From the sequence record OR805294.1: 64,000 nucleotides of DNA; one strand, given 5' to 3'. Of the stretch, positions 20,163 to 30,682 are shown one piece after another. Position 1 is the first letter of the stretch, and every line of letters begins with the position of its first letter. Below the pieces are notes generated by a model. The model had not been told where the DNA came from and searched no databases. It was given only the letters and a program-made list of their open reading frames with translations. Made by a program: the position numbers and the translations under genes.

Positions 20163-20513
20163 ATGAACTTTGAGTATGTATTTAAATTAATCAATCTACT
20201 AAAAGTTTCTAGTTCGATAGAATGTATTTCGTTATCTAAATTTTATAACGACTACGGCGTATATATAGAATACAAAAATAATAAAAAACTGCATCGCTTG
20301 TTAGACCATAACATTACTAGCCCAATCAACATTATAGAAGAAGAACTAGAACGCATAATTAGAATTTCTGCATCTAATGTGAAAATATCACCAGTGTACA
20401 ATCGTGCTACCCAAAAAGAAATATTAAATATGTGGATAAATTATACATTAATTTGGCGAAGAACATTTTATTCTAGTGCATATACAATGCAACCGTATTT
20501 GAAGGTAAAATAA
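20163..20513 (+). CDS. hypothetical protein
   Basis: ORF; FEYVFKL start similar to 20690 and 39933. Confidence 0.55.
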   Translation: MNFEYVFKLINLLKVSSSIECISLSKFYNDYGVYIEYKNNKKLHRLLDHNITSPINIIEEELERIIRISASNVKISPVYNRATQKEILNMWINYTLIWRRTFYSSAYTMQPYLKVK

Positions 20514-20689
20514 ATGACAATAGACGAATTTCTAGAACAATTAGACTGTGCATGTACTGATGGCAATTGCATATTTCGCCCATCGCATCGGAAAGGAATG
20601 GTAACTAACGGTGGTTGTAAGTGTATAATAGACAGAAATAAACACACTAATGTACTGAGGTATATTAATTTCTTAAAATCTAAAATAAA

Positions 20690-20908
20690 ATGATAGATTA
20701 CATCTTTAAATTAAGTTCCTATTGTTTAATTTTTATAGATTCATCACGCCATTATGGTGTACACTACGATCTGGCAGAATATTTTTCAGACGGTTCTATA
20801 TGGTATAAATGGTCTTATGAGACCACTTCGCACAACGATACTCAGTATAATAAAGGAAAATACACAAAAAGTTTTATATACTTAATGGAAGGAAAATATT
20901 CAGCATGA
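20690..20908 (+). CDS. short member related to the paralog family
   Basis: MIDYIFKLSSYCLI, cf. MIDWVFKLSASCYEI at 39933. Confidence 0.5.
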   Translation: MIDYIFKLSSYCLIFIDSSRHYGVHYDLAEYFSDGSIWYKWSYETTSHNDTQYNKGKYTKSFIYLMEGKYSA

Positions 20909-21423
20909 AAGGGTATGATTTAATTAAAGAATATTATGGTACCCGGGTTGCTAAACGTTCCGGGATTCCGTTAATGAACCATATAGATGAAGGTCTAAAA
21001 ATTTTAGATACAATAAATTCTTCATACGAAGTAAAAGAAGCATTTTGTTTACATCCTTTGCTCCAAAATAACGAAGAATTTGAAAATAACTATGATTTAG
21101 TAGTAAGCACAGGCGGCCTGGTAACAAAAAGTATTCTTCTTGCAATGGAATATAGACACAAAGCAAATACATATTTGTGTAAAAAAGAAACAGATCATTG
21201 GACAGTTGAATATGCATCTAAAAAAATAGGTCATATTATTCATCCTGTAAAAGAAATGCTAATAGCAGATAAGGTTCAAAATTTCAAAGATTTTAAAATA
21301 TATCATAAAGACACCCACAAAAGATCTCATCAGTTATCTAAATATTTTAAAAATTGGCTAACAATCTTAGAAATATCTGACGTCGACGCTAAAGATTTAG
21401 AACAAGTGTGTTATAAAGATTAA
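20905..21423 (+). CDS. divergent HD-domain (Mesh1/SpoT hydrolase-like) protein
   Basis: KRSGIPLMNH ... AFCLHP ... LIADKVQN mirrors RKSGEPYIxH ... AALLHD ... KLADRLHN. Confidence 0.55.
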   Translation: MKGYDLIKEYYGTRVAKRSGIPLMNHIDEGLKILDTINSSYEVKEAFCLHPLLQNNEEFENNYDLVVSTGGLVTKSILLAMEYRHKANTYLCKKETDHWTVEYASKKIGHIIHPVKEMLIADKVQNFKDFKIYHKDTHKRSHQLSKYFKNWLTILEISDVDAKDLEQVCYKD

Positions 21424-21484
21424 CACACATTAGATTTATAAATGCAATGCCACTAAATATCTTTAATTATGTAGGAGATATATT

Positions 21485-22123
21485 ATGTGGCAACAGCGTT
21501 GGGCATTAGTTGGAGACTCTATCCAGGCATGGGTATTAGAAAATAGTAATAGTGGTATTATTCCGAGGGCAGATAAACTCACTGCATCTATGATACCGTT
21601 TAAAGTAAACGCATCTATACAGAACGTGTCTGTCCCGGGCATGCGTTTAGCAAAAGGAACTGATCCTAGTGATCCGTTTGATATTTCTTCATTAAGCAAA
21701 TTACATGGATTTTTCGGGTTAAACGGAGTTGTGTGTACATTAGGTACAAATGACTACGGAAGTCCATATGTAACTACAGTCGATTATTTTCATGCTTTAA
21801 CTGATTTTTTGAATGCAGCAATATCGTTAACCATACCTGTTGTAATTGTTTCGCCTATATGGCGACAAGATAAGGATACATCTGTATTAAAATACGACGG
21901 AACGACTAATGTACTTGCAGATTTTCAAAATACAGCACAATGGGTTACTTCACTTGTTTCTGCTAATAATAGTAATGTCTATTTTATAGATGGGAAACAA
22001 GCACCTGTCCAAAATGCAACATATTTTGGTGATGGATTGCATTTAAATGCTGCCGGACATGCTAAGTTTTGCACATGGTTAGTAAATGAAATGAAATCCA
22101 AAAATCTTTGGCAACAATATTAA
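21485..22123 (+). CDS. SGNH/GDSL esterase
   Basis: blocks LVGDSI, GTND, GDGLHLNAAGH; CTAAATA late-like box upstream; terminator at 22125-22156. Confidence 0.9.
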   Translation: MWQQRWALVGDSIQAWVLENSNSGIIPRADKLTASMIPFKVNASIQNVSVPGMRLAKGTDPSDPFDISSLSKLHGFFGLNGVVCTLGTNDYGSPYVTTVDYFHALTDFLNAAISLTIPVVIVSPIWRQDKDTSVLKYDGTTNVLADFQNTAQWVTSLVSANNSNVYFIDGKQAPVQNATYFGDGLHLNAAGHAKFCTWLVNEMKSKNLWQQY

Positions 22124-22229
22124 TAAAACATTGCCCGCTAATGCGGGCAATGTTTTATTGTATTTTTATTTTTCTTATGCTATTATACAAATAATAAATA
22201 ATGGACGTTTAATAACAAGGAAATGTTTT

Positions 22230-22460
22230 ATGAGTTCAGAATTTGATATAGATGACAGCGGACTTGCTGAAACCCACGAACAAATTGTAGAAAAAGCTGT
22301 AAGTAAAATACGAAAAGAAATGGCAAGAAATTCTGGCTATACCGAATGTATAGATTGCGGAGAAGAAATAGGAGAAGAAAGAAAACGTATACTGCCAAGC
22401 GCAACAAAATGTGTGGAATGCCAGTCGTTGTTTGATCTGAGAAATAAGTTATACAAATGA
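22230..22460 (+). CDS. traR: TraR/DksA-family C4 zinc-finger protein
   Basis: DIDD...E N-helix, CIDCGEEIGEERKRILPSATKCVECQ; ATG 22230 after AAGGA. Confidence 0.85.
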   Translation: MSSEFDIDDSGLAETHEQIVEKAVSKIRKEMARNSGYTECIDCGEEIGEERKRILPSATKCVECQSLFDLRNKLYK

Positions 22461-23280
22461 ATCTATCATTATTATGTAAATTATCTAGAGTAGTTAGAAA
22501 TAGTACAATCGTTATTTCTATTGAATATTCTAATTTTTTTATTTCCATTTTTAATAAAATATATAGTTTAATAAGAATTGATATTGCTTCTAATTTAGTT
22601 ACATGTTGCTTATCACCGACTGTTATAAACCTATTATCGTTTTGTATAGAAGAAAGAAATGAAAATAAATCTAAAAAAGATAATAACACTAAACAAACTT
22701 AGTTGAACATTATAAGATTATATTTAGAAAACAAATATAACCCGAATGTCTCTAATTACATCATAACGTATTAATAGATATAATATATTAAGAATCTAAG
22801 CAATAAATATTTGCATATAAGAAGGATTCTAATATGTCATATAATCCAAATTTCAATACCTCTATTATAGGATTATCGTATAATTCTATAAAATTACATA
22901 TAGTAGAACATGTACAAAAAGACATAAAAGGTAATACAGTTTACATTATATCATTTGTAAATGATTTTGGATTTATTTTTGCTAAAGTAAAAACTAAATA
23001 TGATCCTAAAACTGTCTTATAATGCACGCCAAATATGCATAGAACCAAGTACCATATATACATGTATATGGGTCCGGGGAGAAAAGGGGATAGTTTTGTA
23101 TAGACGTATGATTTATGATACAAAATCGATGAGTATAGGCAATTATGATTATACAACTTATATTTCGCATGAAATAGGGGGCTTAGGCTGGACCAGTTAT
23201 AAGAATTTAAAAAAATGCTAGATTTCGTTGCTATAAAACAGTATACTAAACACTCAACACATTAACTAGCAGAGGTAAAC

Positions 23281-23430
23281 GTGGATAATATCAAATCGTG
23301 CAAATGCGCACATGATTTCCAGGACAGTGTGTACGGCAAAGGTAATCGTGTGCATAACGTGTTTACTAAGGGATATCGTTGCACCGTTTGCGGTAAAGAA
23401 GTTATTACTTCTTCCACTGGCAAGAAGTAA
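23281..23430 (+). CDS. 49-aa zinc-binding mini-protein (below the ORF-track cut-off)
   Basis: AGAGGT RBS, GTG start, CKCAH...HN...RCTVCG, own terminator at 23436-23462. Confidence 0.75.
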   Translation: MDNIKSCKCAHDFQDSVYGKGNRVHNVFTKGYRCTVCGKEVITSSTGKK

Positions 23431-23552
23431 AATATAAAAAAGGGCACACTGTGCCCTTTTTTAATAGTAAGAAACAAAGTAAGTCATGCATTCAACTATC
23501 CATATTATACACTGTGCATTCTAATACACAGTGTATTGTTGCGAGTAATTAA

Positions 23553-23774
23553 ATGTCAACGACGCCTAGGGGAAAGAAAACTAAAATAACATGCAATAAT
23601 ATAGAATGTAATAATGTATTCGAAGTAAGAATTGCCGATGTTAAAAGAGGTTGGGGACTATATTGTTCTAAGTCTTGTAAACAAACTGCACAAGAGCAAC
23701 AACGGCAAATGATAAAAAAATTATCCGGAGAACATTTGTTACCGAAGAATAAGCGAAGAAAAAAGTATTGGTAA
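23553..23774 (+). CDS. zinc-finger protein
   Basis: CNNIEC ... RGWGLYCSKSC. Confidence 0.7.
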   Translation: MSTTPRGKKTKITCNNIECNNVFEVRIADVKRGWGLYCSKSCKQTAQEQQRQMIKKLSGEHLLPKNKRRKKYW

Positions 23775-23948
23775 GAGGTATAGTATGAATTTAATACTAA
23801 ACTATTCAATTTGTGCAAATACTACAGCTATAACTTTTTATATTTTCGGATTAAACATTAAAAAGGCATGGGTATACGTTACAAAGTCAGATAAGTATGG
23901 TAGGTATTTGTACGTATCTCAAGACGGATGTATGGGTGTCTTTCCTGA

Positions 23949-24245
23949 ATGGCAAATATAATTAAAATGAAACCGGTATTGTACTATGTAGGTGATAATC
24001 CCAAAGGGGCATTTTTGTGCGAAATTTATGGCAAGGAATACCCATTTATCAATAATGAAACTAGATTTATTAAAGTTAATTCTATTTTTTATATATCTTT
24101 TATATCTGCTAAGTATACATATATAAAATTTCTAGTTAGATATAGATTTGTTACATGGAGGTTATACGACACTGATATTTATATTTCCTTTAGTAGAGCT
24201 ATGACATCCGTTGAGCGGGAAATTAATAAAATAAGAGGAATTTAA
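23949..24245 (+). CDS. hypothetical protein
   Basis: ORF. Confidence 0.55.
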   Translation: MANIIKMKPVLYYVGDNPKGAFLCEIYGKEYPFINNETRFIKVNSIFYISFISAKYTYIKFLVRYRFVTWRLYDTDIYISFSRAMTSVEREINKIRGI

Positions 24246-24381
24246 AAAATGCGTTATTTTGCACGTTTGCATTATGCTATACGCAAGTTTGCAATAACGT
24301 GCAAACGCATGTATAACGCTAATACAGCTAACAATACAGTGCATAAAAACATGTACAGCATACTAGCGTTACAACGCATAT
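24239..24381. other. GA/TC-free island (143 nt)
   Basis: no GA or TC by hand scan; GC dinucleotides recur about every 6-17 nt. Confidence 0.8.
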
Positions 24382-24550
24382 CGTTGAACTATAAATGTAT
24401 ATATATCTGGAGCAATATGGTATTCTTGTCAGTCACTACTGATGATACCTTAACTACATATCATATATATAGAAAAAGTTTAAGAACTGGTTTAGAATCG
24501 TGTAATTTTTCTTATGTACTTGGATTAGTTATGAAGGAAGGATATTAGGT

Positions 24551-25162
24551 TTGATTAAGTTAGTAAAACCCATTGCATATTATGGACAGAAATTTGGTAT
24601 CGCTGTTTCGGGCGGTATTGATTCTATGGTTGCATTGTCCTTCTTAAAGAAATATCCACAAAATAACTTCGATGTCTTTCATGTAAACCACGGATCGGAG
24701 TATGATATCAAAGCAGAGCAATTTGTGAGAGATTATTGCAGCGACAATAAAATAAATTGCCATGTATACTGCATTAACACAAAAAAACCAAAAGGTTGTA
24801 GTTGGGAAGAACATTGGCGAAACGAACGATATAAATTTCTTCACTCTCATGAATTAGAAATCATGACTGCACATACACTAGACGACAACGTAGAGACGTG
24901 GTTGTTTTATAGTATGCACGGTTCGCCTCGTATCATTCCGTATCGGAAAAAAAATGTCATCCGACCGTTTATGCTTACTACAAAAAACGAATTTAAAAAA
25001 TATGCGAAAAGTAATGGTGTACAATGGTTAGAAGATCCTAGTAACCGAGACACCAATTTTAATAGAAATCAAATTCGACATAATATAATTCCTCAAGCAC
25101 TTAAAGTAAATCCAGGATTGTTTAAAGTGATTGCAAAAAAAGTAAGAGAAGAGAATGAATAA
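24551..25162 (+). CDS. tilS: tRNA(Ile)-lysidine synthetase, minimal N-terminal PP-loop form
   Basis: AVSGGIDSM, HVNHG, WRNERY, TAHTLDDNVET, IRPF, WLEDPSN, RNQIRH. Confidence 0.92.
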   Translation: MIKLVKPIAYYGQKFGIAVSGGIDSMVALSFLKKYPQNNFDVFHVNHGSEYDIKAEQFVRDYCSDNKINCHVYCINTKKPKGCSWEEHWRNERYKFLHSHELEIMTAHTLDDNVETWLFYSMHGSPRIIPYRKKNVIRPFMLTTKNEFKKYAKSNGVQWLEDPSNRDTNFNRNQIRHNIIPQALKVNPGLFKVIAKKVREENE

Positions 25163-25270
25163 ACGTTTACTTTTAACAATGTTTGTTATTTCTATTCAAG
25201 CGAGGAATTATTATATAATACCATATGCCGGTATTAAAAATAAACTTGTGTTTATTTTATCTAGTAGCAA

Positions 25271-25618
25271 ATGAATACTATAATAACGCTAAGTGCTTTG
25301 CAGGAAACAATACAAAGAGACGAATGGTCAGACCGCTATCATTTTGTTATTAAAGATAGGTATGGTAGTGATATATTGTATTGTATAGAATACGAAAATT
25401 CATTACAGTCGTGGTTTATAGACTATACATATAACAATAGTTTGATATACTTAGATATATTTAAAATTCAGCTATTAACACAAAAAATATCATCTTATAC
25501 TAGTAACAGAACAGTAGTATTATTATCAGACAGTATCTCGAATGTAATTTTATATTACGAAATAGCAAATGATAGTATTAGTAGTAAAAATTATTCATCC
25601 GAAATAGTATTAACATAA
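25271..25618 (+). CDS. paralog-array family, divergent member
   Basis: MNTIITLSALQETI; size and composition. Confidence 0.45.
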   Translation: MNTIITLSALQETIQRDEWSDRYHFVIKDRYGSDILYCIEYENSLQSWFIDYTYNNSLIYLDIFKIQLLTQKISSYTSNRTVVLLSDSISNVILYYEIANDSISSKNYSSEIVLT

Positions 25619-25831
25619 CTGAATGTATTTTAGTATAAGACCATAACGCACCCATTTGCATTTAAATTCCAAACTAAAACTATAACCTCTTTATGTATAT
25701 TCTTATTATTGCAATTCTAGTAAAATCTGTACAACTATTACTGAGTTAGATGTACAGGACAAAGAACAGCAAAATGCTTGACTATCCATTCGTGTTAGGT
25801 TAATTTAACAAAATTATATAAGGTATTTTAA

Positions 25832-26164
25832 GTGTTTATCATTAAATTACAAAGCAATTGTGACAAAATAGAAATAGATAACTCAAAATACAATTACGGG
25901 TTTTTTATTGTTAACTCAGAAAACATGAAAGTATTCCATTACAGTAACAAAGAATCGTCTTTGTATTCTATGTTTGCAAAAAATCTACATATCAATGTAT
26001 TTTTGGTGTCTACCTTGTGTTGTATTATATGTTTCGACTATCCTACTTTATACTTAGAAATGGAATCAAACCGTGCAGTAGCATTAGGTATAAATCCATG
26101 TTTCTTAAATATAGATGTACAAGGTTCTCGGTTCCATAATTGGGATCCGATGTGTTTTGTATAA
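25832..26164 (+). CDS. paralog-array family member
   Basis: MFIIKLQSNCDKI / VFLVSTLCCII. Confidence 0.55.
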   Translation: MFIIKLQSNCDKIEIDNSKYNYGFFIVNSENMKVFHYSNKESSLYSMFAKNLHINVFLVSTLCCIICFDYPTLYLEMESNRAVALGINPCFLNIDVQGSRFHNWDPMCFV

Positions 26165-26212
26165 ACATGTGATATAATTTGTGTTTAGTCATTTCTTAAA
26201 TAAGGTATCGAA

Positions 26213-26554
26213 ATGAAAGAAAACAATATACTAGAAATGCAAGCAGGATGCTCAAACGTGGCTGTTATAGGTAACAGTGTTATAAGTATAGAAGGATTAT
26301 ATGACAAACCAACAAAAACATTAAACTTTTTTGTAAGATATAATTTAAACCATGATTCAGAGTACTTATCATACATTTACACATTTAAAAATGATATATG
26401 TGTACTGTCTTTATCTAGTAAATGTTTTATGATTAAAATAGCCCCAGAGGTGTATTATAAAACTAGATCTGTATGTATTATTAATAATATAGGAAGTGGA
26501 TTGTTATATAGTTACAAAAATCACACATGGGCTCGGACATGCGTTCTAATATAG
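26213..26554 (+). CDS. paralog-array family member
   Basis: ILEMQAGCSNV / CVLSLSSKCFMI. Confidence 0.55.
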   Translation: MKENNILEMQAGCSNVAVIGNSVISIEGLYDKPTKTLNFFVRYNLNHDSEYLSYIYTFKNDICVLSLSSKCFMIKIAPEVYYKTRSVCIINNIGSGLLYSYKNHTWARTCVLI

Positions 26555-26886
26555 AAAAAATTTATTATATTTCTAAAAATACACGAAGTATAAAGGTAAT
26601 GGACCATACAATCACTATATGGTCGTTATATATTTCACCTAATATTACTATAATTTTATGGGCAACTAATTTAACTACAGGATTATGTACCTTAAAATAT
26701 AAAAATGAATTCAAAATAGATTTATTTAAATTAGTCAATACAGTGTATTATATAGAAAACAAATATAGAAACAGCACATATGTATTAAATGATGTATTGC
26801 ACAATACTATATGCTCTGTGGGTATATTAAGACCCCGTATTGCAGATGAAGTATATTGCAGATATAGAATATCGTATGTCAGCTAA
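26527..26886 (+). CDS. paralog-array family member
   Basis: IYYISKNTRSI / VYYIENKYRN. Confidence 0.55.
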   Translation: MGSDMRSNIEKIYYISKNTRSIKVMDHTITIWSLYISPNITIILWATNLTTGLCTLKYKNEFKIDLFKLVNTVYYIENKYRNSTYVLNDVLHNTICSVGILRPRIADEVYCRYRISYVS

Positions 26887-27340
26887 CATTACATATATTG
26901 TATCAATTACTGCTAGATGCACATCTATATATGAAGATGCGTATAGTGATTTCGTTATATTTTGTATAGCAGATGTATTTGGTAGTTATATAATTCAATA
27001 TATGACAGAACGCAACAATAGGTTTATAGCTGTATATGAATATACATTTTCTACAATATGATATGTCTGATTCAAGTATATTATGCAATATAACAAGATA
27101 TTCGTATACAATAAGACTGAGTCATTTTGTTATATCCGGAATGGGTAGGCCTATAACAAAAGTTGTATCCAGTATACTGTGTACTCCTATTCATATAATA
27201 GATGTGTGTAATGTTTCGCATCGTGCAAGAGATACGATTTTTTCGTACAATGACACCCAATTACGCAGTTCTTTGCATTTGTTTTCTATATCATTTTGGA
27301 AGTTAAAAGCATATACTATGATAAACGTATCCTACATAAT

Positions 27341-27835
27341 ATGATATTTCAAAAACCATTTATAGAATTAAATAGTATCCCAGATTACACTCATCCGGGC
27401 GGATTTGCATACCAACGAAAAAATCATATACACGAAGGCGTAGACCTTTATTGTAAAAATAAAGAACCTGTGTTTACAATGTTATCGGGTAAAGTAGTTA
27501 ATATAATAAAAGATTTTACAGGACCGGGGTGCGGAACACCTTGGTGGAATAAAACAAGTGCAATAGTAATAGAAGACGTATTCGGTGTATGGGTATACGG
27601 CGAAATATTAGTAGGAAATTGGATTAACATAGGAGATACTGTACCAGCTGGAACATGTATCGGCAGAGTAGAACAAGTGTTAAAAAAGAACAAAGGACGT
27701 CCTATGTCTATGCTTCACGTAGAACGATATACAAAAGGAACTACAAATTCTATTGGATTATGGCAATTAAATACTAGCAGACCTGAAAATTTATTAGATC
27801 CAACACCTTTGTTACGGCGTATCATAAATGAATAA
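27341..27835 (+). CDS. M23-family peptidase-like protein, non-canonical
   Basis: HEGVDLY (HxxxD), VxAGxxIG, SMLHVE where HxH is expected. Confidence 0.8.
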   Translation: MIFQKPFIELNSIPDYTHPGGFAYQRKNHIHEGVDLYCKNKEPVFTMLSGKVVNIIKDFTGPGCGTPWWNKTSAIVIEDVFGVWVYGEILVGNWINIGDTVPAGTCIGRVEQVLKKNKGRPMSMLHVERYTKGTTNSIGLWQLNTSRPENLLDPTPLLRRIINE

Positions 27836-28169
27836 TATATTATATATTCAGAATTTTATAAGAAGTAGAAAATTAGAAGCAGAATACGGATGTATAGTTA
27901 CCATTAATAATAATACAGGAGCTAGAGAATTTACAGCATATCATCTCAAAAACTGGCATAATTGTTCATTTATATCCTATAATAATTGCAGTATAGATAT
28001 TATTGCATTATGTAACCATACACACACGATAGCATATGGAGCAGATAATGCAAGTTTTATAATAAAAAATAATAACAGAAATATACTACTGTCAGTAGTT
28101 GGTACGAATATGACATATTCGTCTTGTTATTCATCTTCTGTAATTATAAATATTTCTGTTTTATTATAA
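27828..28169 (+). CDS. paralog-array family member
   Basis: NILYIQNFIRS / IIALCNHTHTI. Confidence 0.6.
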   Translation: MNNILYIQNFIRSRKLEAEYGCIVTINNNTGAREFTAYHLKNWHNCSFISYNNCSIDIIALCNHTHTIAYGADNASFIIKNNNRNILLSVVGTNMTYSSCYSSSVIINISVLL

Positions 28170-28170
28170 A

Positions 28171-28494
28171 ATGAATTTAATATTTTGTATAGCTAGCATT
28201 GATAATATACAAATAGGTATAGACCGGTCAATCGGACATATAAACAATATAATATATATTCGAACTAGCCCCTCTAATGATATAATCAAATATATAACAG
28301 AAGTAAAATATGGTAAAACAGTATCACTTATGTTAAATCTCGATACATCAGTATTTAAAGAATTATTTATTTTTATTTTGTCATGTAAATGTAAACACAT
28401 CACTGAACTAAGAATATACGATAAAGTAGTATTTTATTTTTATTCTGATAACAGAAGATCTTTAACAGATTTGTTATATTACATAGGTCAGTGA
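28171..28494 (+). CDS. paralog-array family member
   Basis: MNLIFCIASIDNI / IFILSCKCKHI. Confidence 0.55.
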   Translation: MNLIFCIASIDNIQIGIDRSIGHINNIIYIRTSPSNDIIKYITEVKYGKTVSLMLNLDTSVFKELFIFILSCKCKHITELRIYDKVVFYFYSDNRRSLTDLLYYIGQ

Positions 28495-28606
28495 CAGTAC
28501 ATTTACAGAAAAATATAATATCTTATGTATTATTCATTATAAAAACTCTGTTGTGTTATTAAGTGTTGTATGTTAGTGTGCAAGTTAATTAAATGCGGAA
28601 CACCAA

Positions 28607-28900
28607 ATGGATATTATTCTTTTTATATCAAATAATACATACTATATAATATCAACGAGTAATAGCACATTCTTATTATACAGATTTGATCAAAAATGTA
28701 TCTATGTTGCAACAAAAAATCTTAATTCACATCCGGTAGTGATAGACGACGGAAGTAATGGCTGGGGGACAATATATGAGATTCCCGCACTAGTTCAGTT
28801 TTACACAGATATTTTTAAATTTTCTGTGCATCACGAATTAATTCAAATATATGTGCTCACAAAAGTAGGTCAATTTTTCTCTAAGATTGTTACTTACTAA
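28607..28900 (+). CDS. paralog-array family member
   Basis: MDIILFISNNTYYI / ALVQFYTDIF. Confidence 0.65.
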   Translation: MDIILFISNNTYYIISTSNSTFLLYRFDQKCIYVATKNLNSHPVVIDDGSNGWGTIYEIPALVQFYTDIFKFSVHHELIQIYVLTKVGQFFSKIVTY

Positions 28901-29222
28901 TATAATTGTACAATACATAGGTAATTTGATGGACAATATATTTTATATTTCGTACGAGATAGCTAGTTGCCGGTATTCTAGTCCAACTACATTTCAATTA
29001 ATTAATAAACACAATAGAGAATTTTATGCAATACGTTTGGCTGCAGGATACCCAAGCGACATTTTCGATTTTGATTGGAAACAAAAAATCTTATTAACGT
29101 CTAAATATTGTAATAAGCTTTTATTTCTTATTAGTAGAGAAAAGATACAGGTAACTACCAAGTTAAGGATATTTTATTGCCTTAGTAACGTATCTGCTAA
29201 ATCGGATCAAGTTACACTATGA
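28887..29222 (+). CDS. paralog-array family member
   Basis: MDNIFYISYEIAS / LLFLISREKI. Confidence 0.55.
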   Translation: MLLTNIIVQYIGNLMDNIFYISYEIASCRYSSPTTFQLINKHNREFYAIRLAAGYPSDIFDFDWKQKILLTSKYCNKLLFLISREKIQVTTKLRIFYCLSNVSAKSDQVTL

Positions 29223-29443
29223 ATATCATACCATTAATTTTAATTAGTGTATACTAGTTATTGTGACACTATTAAATATGTCAATTAGATAAAATAAATT
29301 ATTAATGAAAAATCTATTTCCTACCGGATGCATATTTAATATATTGGTATTATCTTATCACACAGATACAATATATGCTGCATGTTACTCAGATTGTCGT
29401 GTTATTGCACTAAACAGTTATTATACATACTATATACCTTTAA

Positions 29444-29704
29444 ATGACTAAATTAATACTTACAATTTCTATTAATACCAAACAGATAGCATTATTAAAC
29501 GATGTTGTGCATTTTCGAAATTATAATAAAGCGGTATACTTTATAAATTTTTTATCTAAATCTAAGTCATTAATTATTGTGGACGAGTTAATAACAGATA
29601 GTTTTATTATCTTTTATATAAGTGAAAATTGTTCCGAAATTTATGTCACCCCTAGATATGCTTTTATATGTAATTTCGATGGGGTTGGGTTTTTTAGATC
29701 ATAA
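29444..29704 (+). CDS. paralog-array family member
   Basis: LILTISINTKQI / IIFYISENCSEI. Confidence 0.65.
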   Translation: MTKLILTISINTKQIALLNDVVHFRNYNKAVYFINFLSKSKSLIIVDELITDSFIIFYISENCSEIYVTPRYAFICNFDGVGFFRS

Positions 29705-29735
29705 CTAGTTGTGTTAATTAGGATAACTATACTTA

Positions 29736-30029
29736 ATGAAATATGATTTTATATTACATATGAGTAATAACACAAATTGTATTATATTCGACACAAGTAT
29801 TACCTTTGTTGACAACAAAGGTATATTCTTTTATAAAATAATACCAATACACTTGCATGGTATGTGTAATTTTCCTTATATAGATAACAGTTGGTCAAAC
29901 TATATTTCATTACCTATAATTATACAATATTATACAAATAAACTGGTATATTTACCGTCTATTATACTTTTTCGTCAAAATAAATCTAATATATCAGCAG
30001 ATACTGTATTTCGTACAAATATGTTATGA
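29736..30029 (+). CDS. paralog-array family member
   Basis: FILHMSNNTNCI / IIIQYYTNKL. Confidence 0.65.
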   Translation: MKYDFILHMSNNTNCIIFDTSITFVDNKGIFFYKIIPIHLHGMCNFPYIDNSWSNYISLPIIIQYYTNKLVYLPSIILFRQNKSNISADTVFRTNML

Positions 30030-30307
30030 ACGATGAATTAATACTATTGTTAAGTAAAGAGACTTATATAACTTCATTTTCTCATAACTGTGTAGACTTG
30101 TTCAGCGCTGCTGGAATTATATTTTATAGCATATCTATACCATACATGGGTTCCCGTGCTGCTAGCAGAATACATCATTTATATTTGTGTGTGTTTACAC
30201 TATCTCCTTTTATAATACAATCATTTTGTCGTGTAATATTCGATAATAAGTATACAATTGGCATAGCACATAATGGCACACTTATATGGAAAGGTCTTTA
30301 CCAATAA
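30026..30307 (+). CDS. paralog-array family member
   Basis: LILLLSKETYI / FIIQSFCRVI. Confidence 0.6.
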   Translation: MNDELILLLSKETYITSFSHNCVDLFSAAGIIFYSISIPYMGSRAASRIHHLYLCVFTLSPFIIQSFCRVIFDNKYTIGIAHNGTLIWKGLYQ

Positions 30308-30376
30308 CTTTTTCAGTTGCTATAACATGCACAATGTGCAATAATAAAAAACAATGTGCAATTGTGAATAAAATAC

Positions 30377-30682
30377 ATGAATATTATCATTAACATTCAA
30401 GCATCAACATCCGAAATCTTCTTTGATACAGACTGTATCTCGTTAATGACTAGCTTAAGCGGTTATGTTCTTTCGATAAACCGAAGAACAGGAAAAGGCG
30501 CAGTTGTACTTCATAACATAAAGTTAGATTCCATATATCGTATTCTACTATTACAGCACACAACTACATCACTTGTTGTATGGGGTGCTATAGACATTAA
30601 AGTATCATTTAAAGACATAGCCGATGAATACATTTTCCTTGCTATAGGAAGAAGATATTATCACGGCGAATGGTTAAAATAA
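30377..30682 (+). CDS. paralog-array family member
   Basis: IIINIQASTSEI / ILLLQHTTTSL. Confidence 0.65.
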   Translation: MNIIINIQASTSEIFFDTDCISLMTSLSGYVLSINRRTGKGAVVLHNIKLDSIYRILLLQHTTTSLVVWGAIDIKVSFKDIADEYIFLAIGRRYYHGEWLK

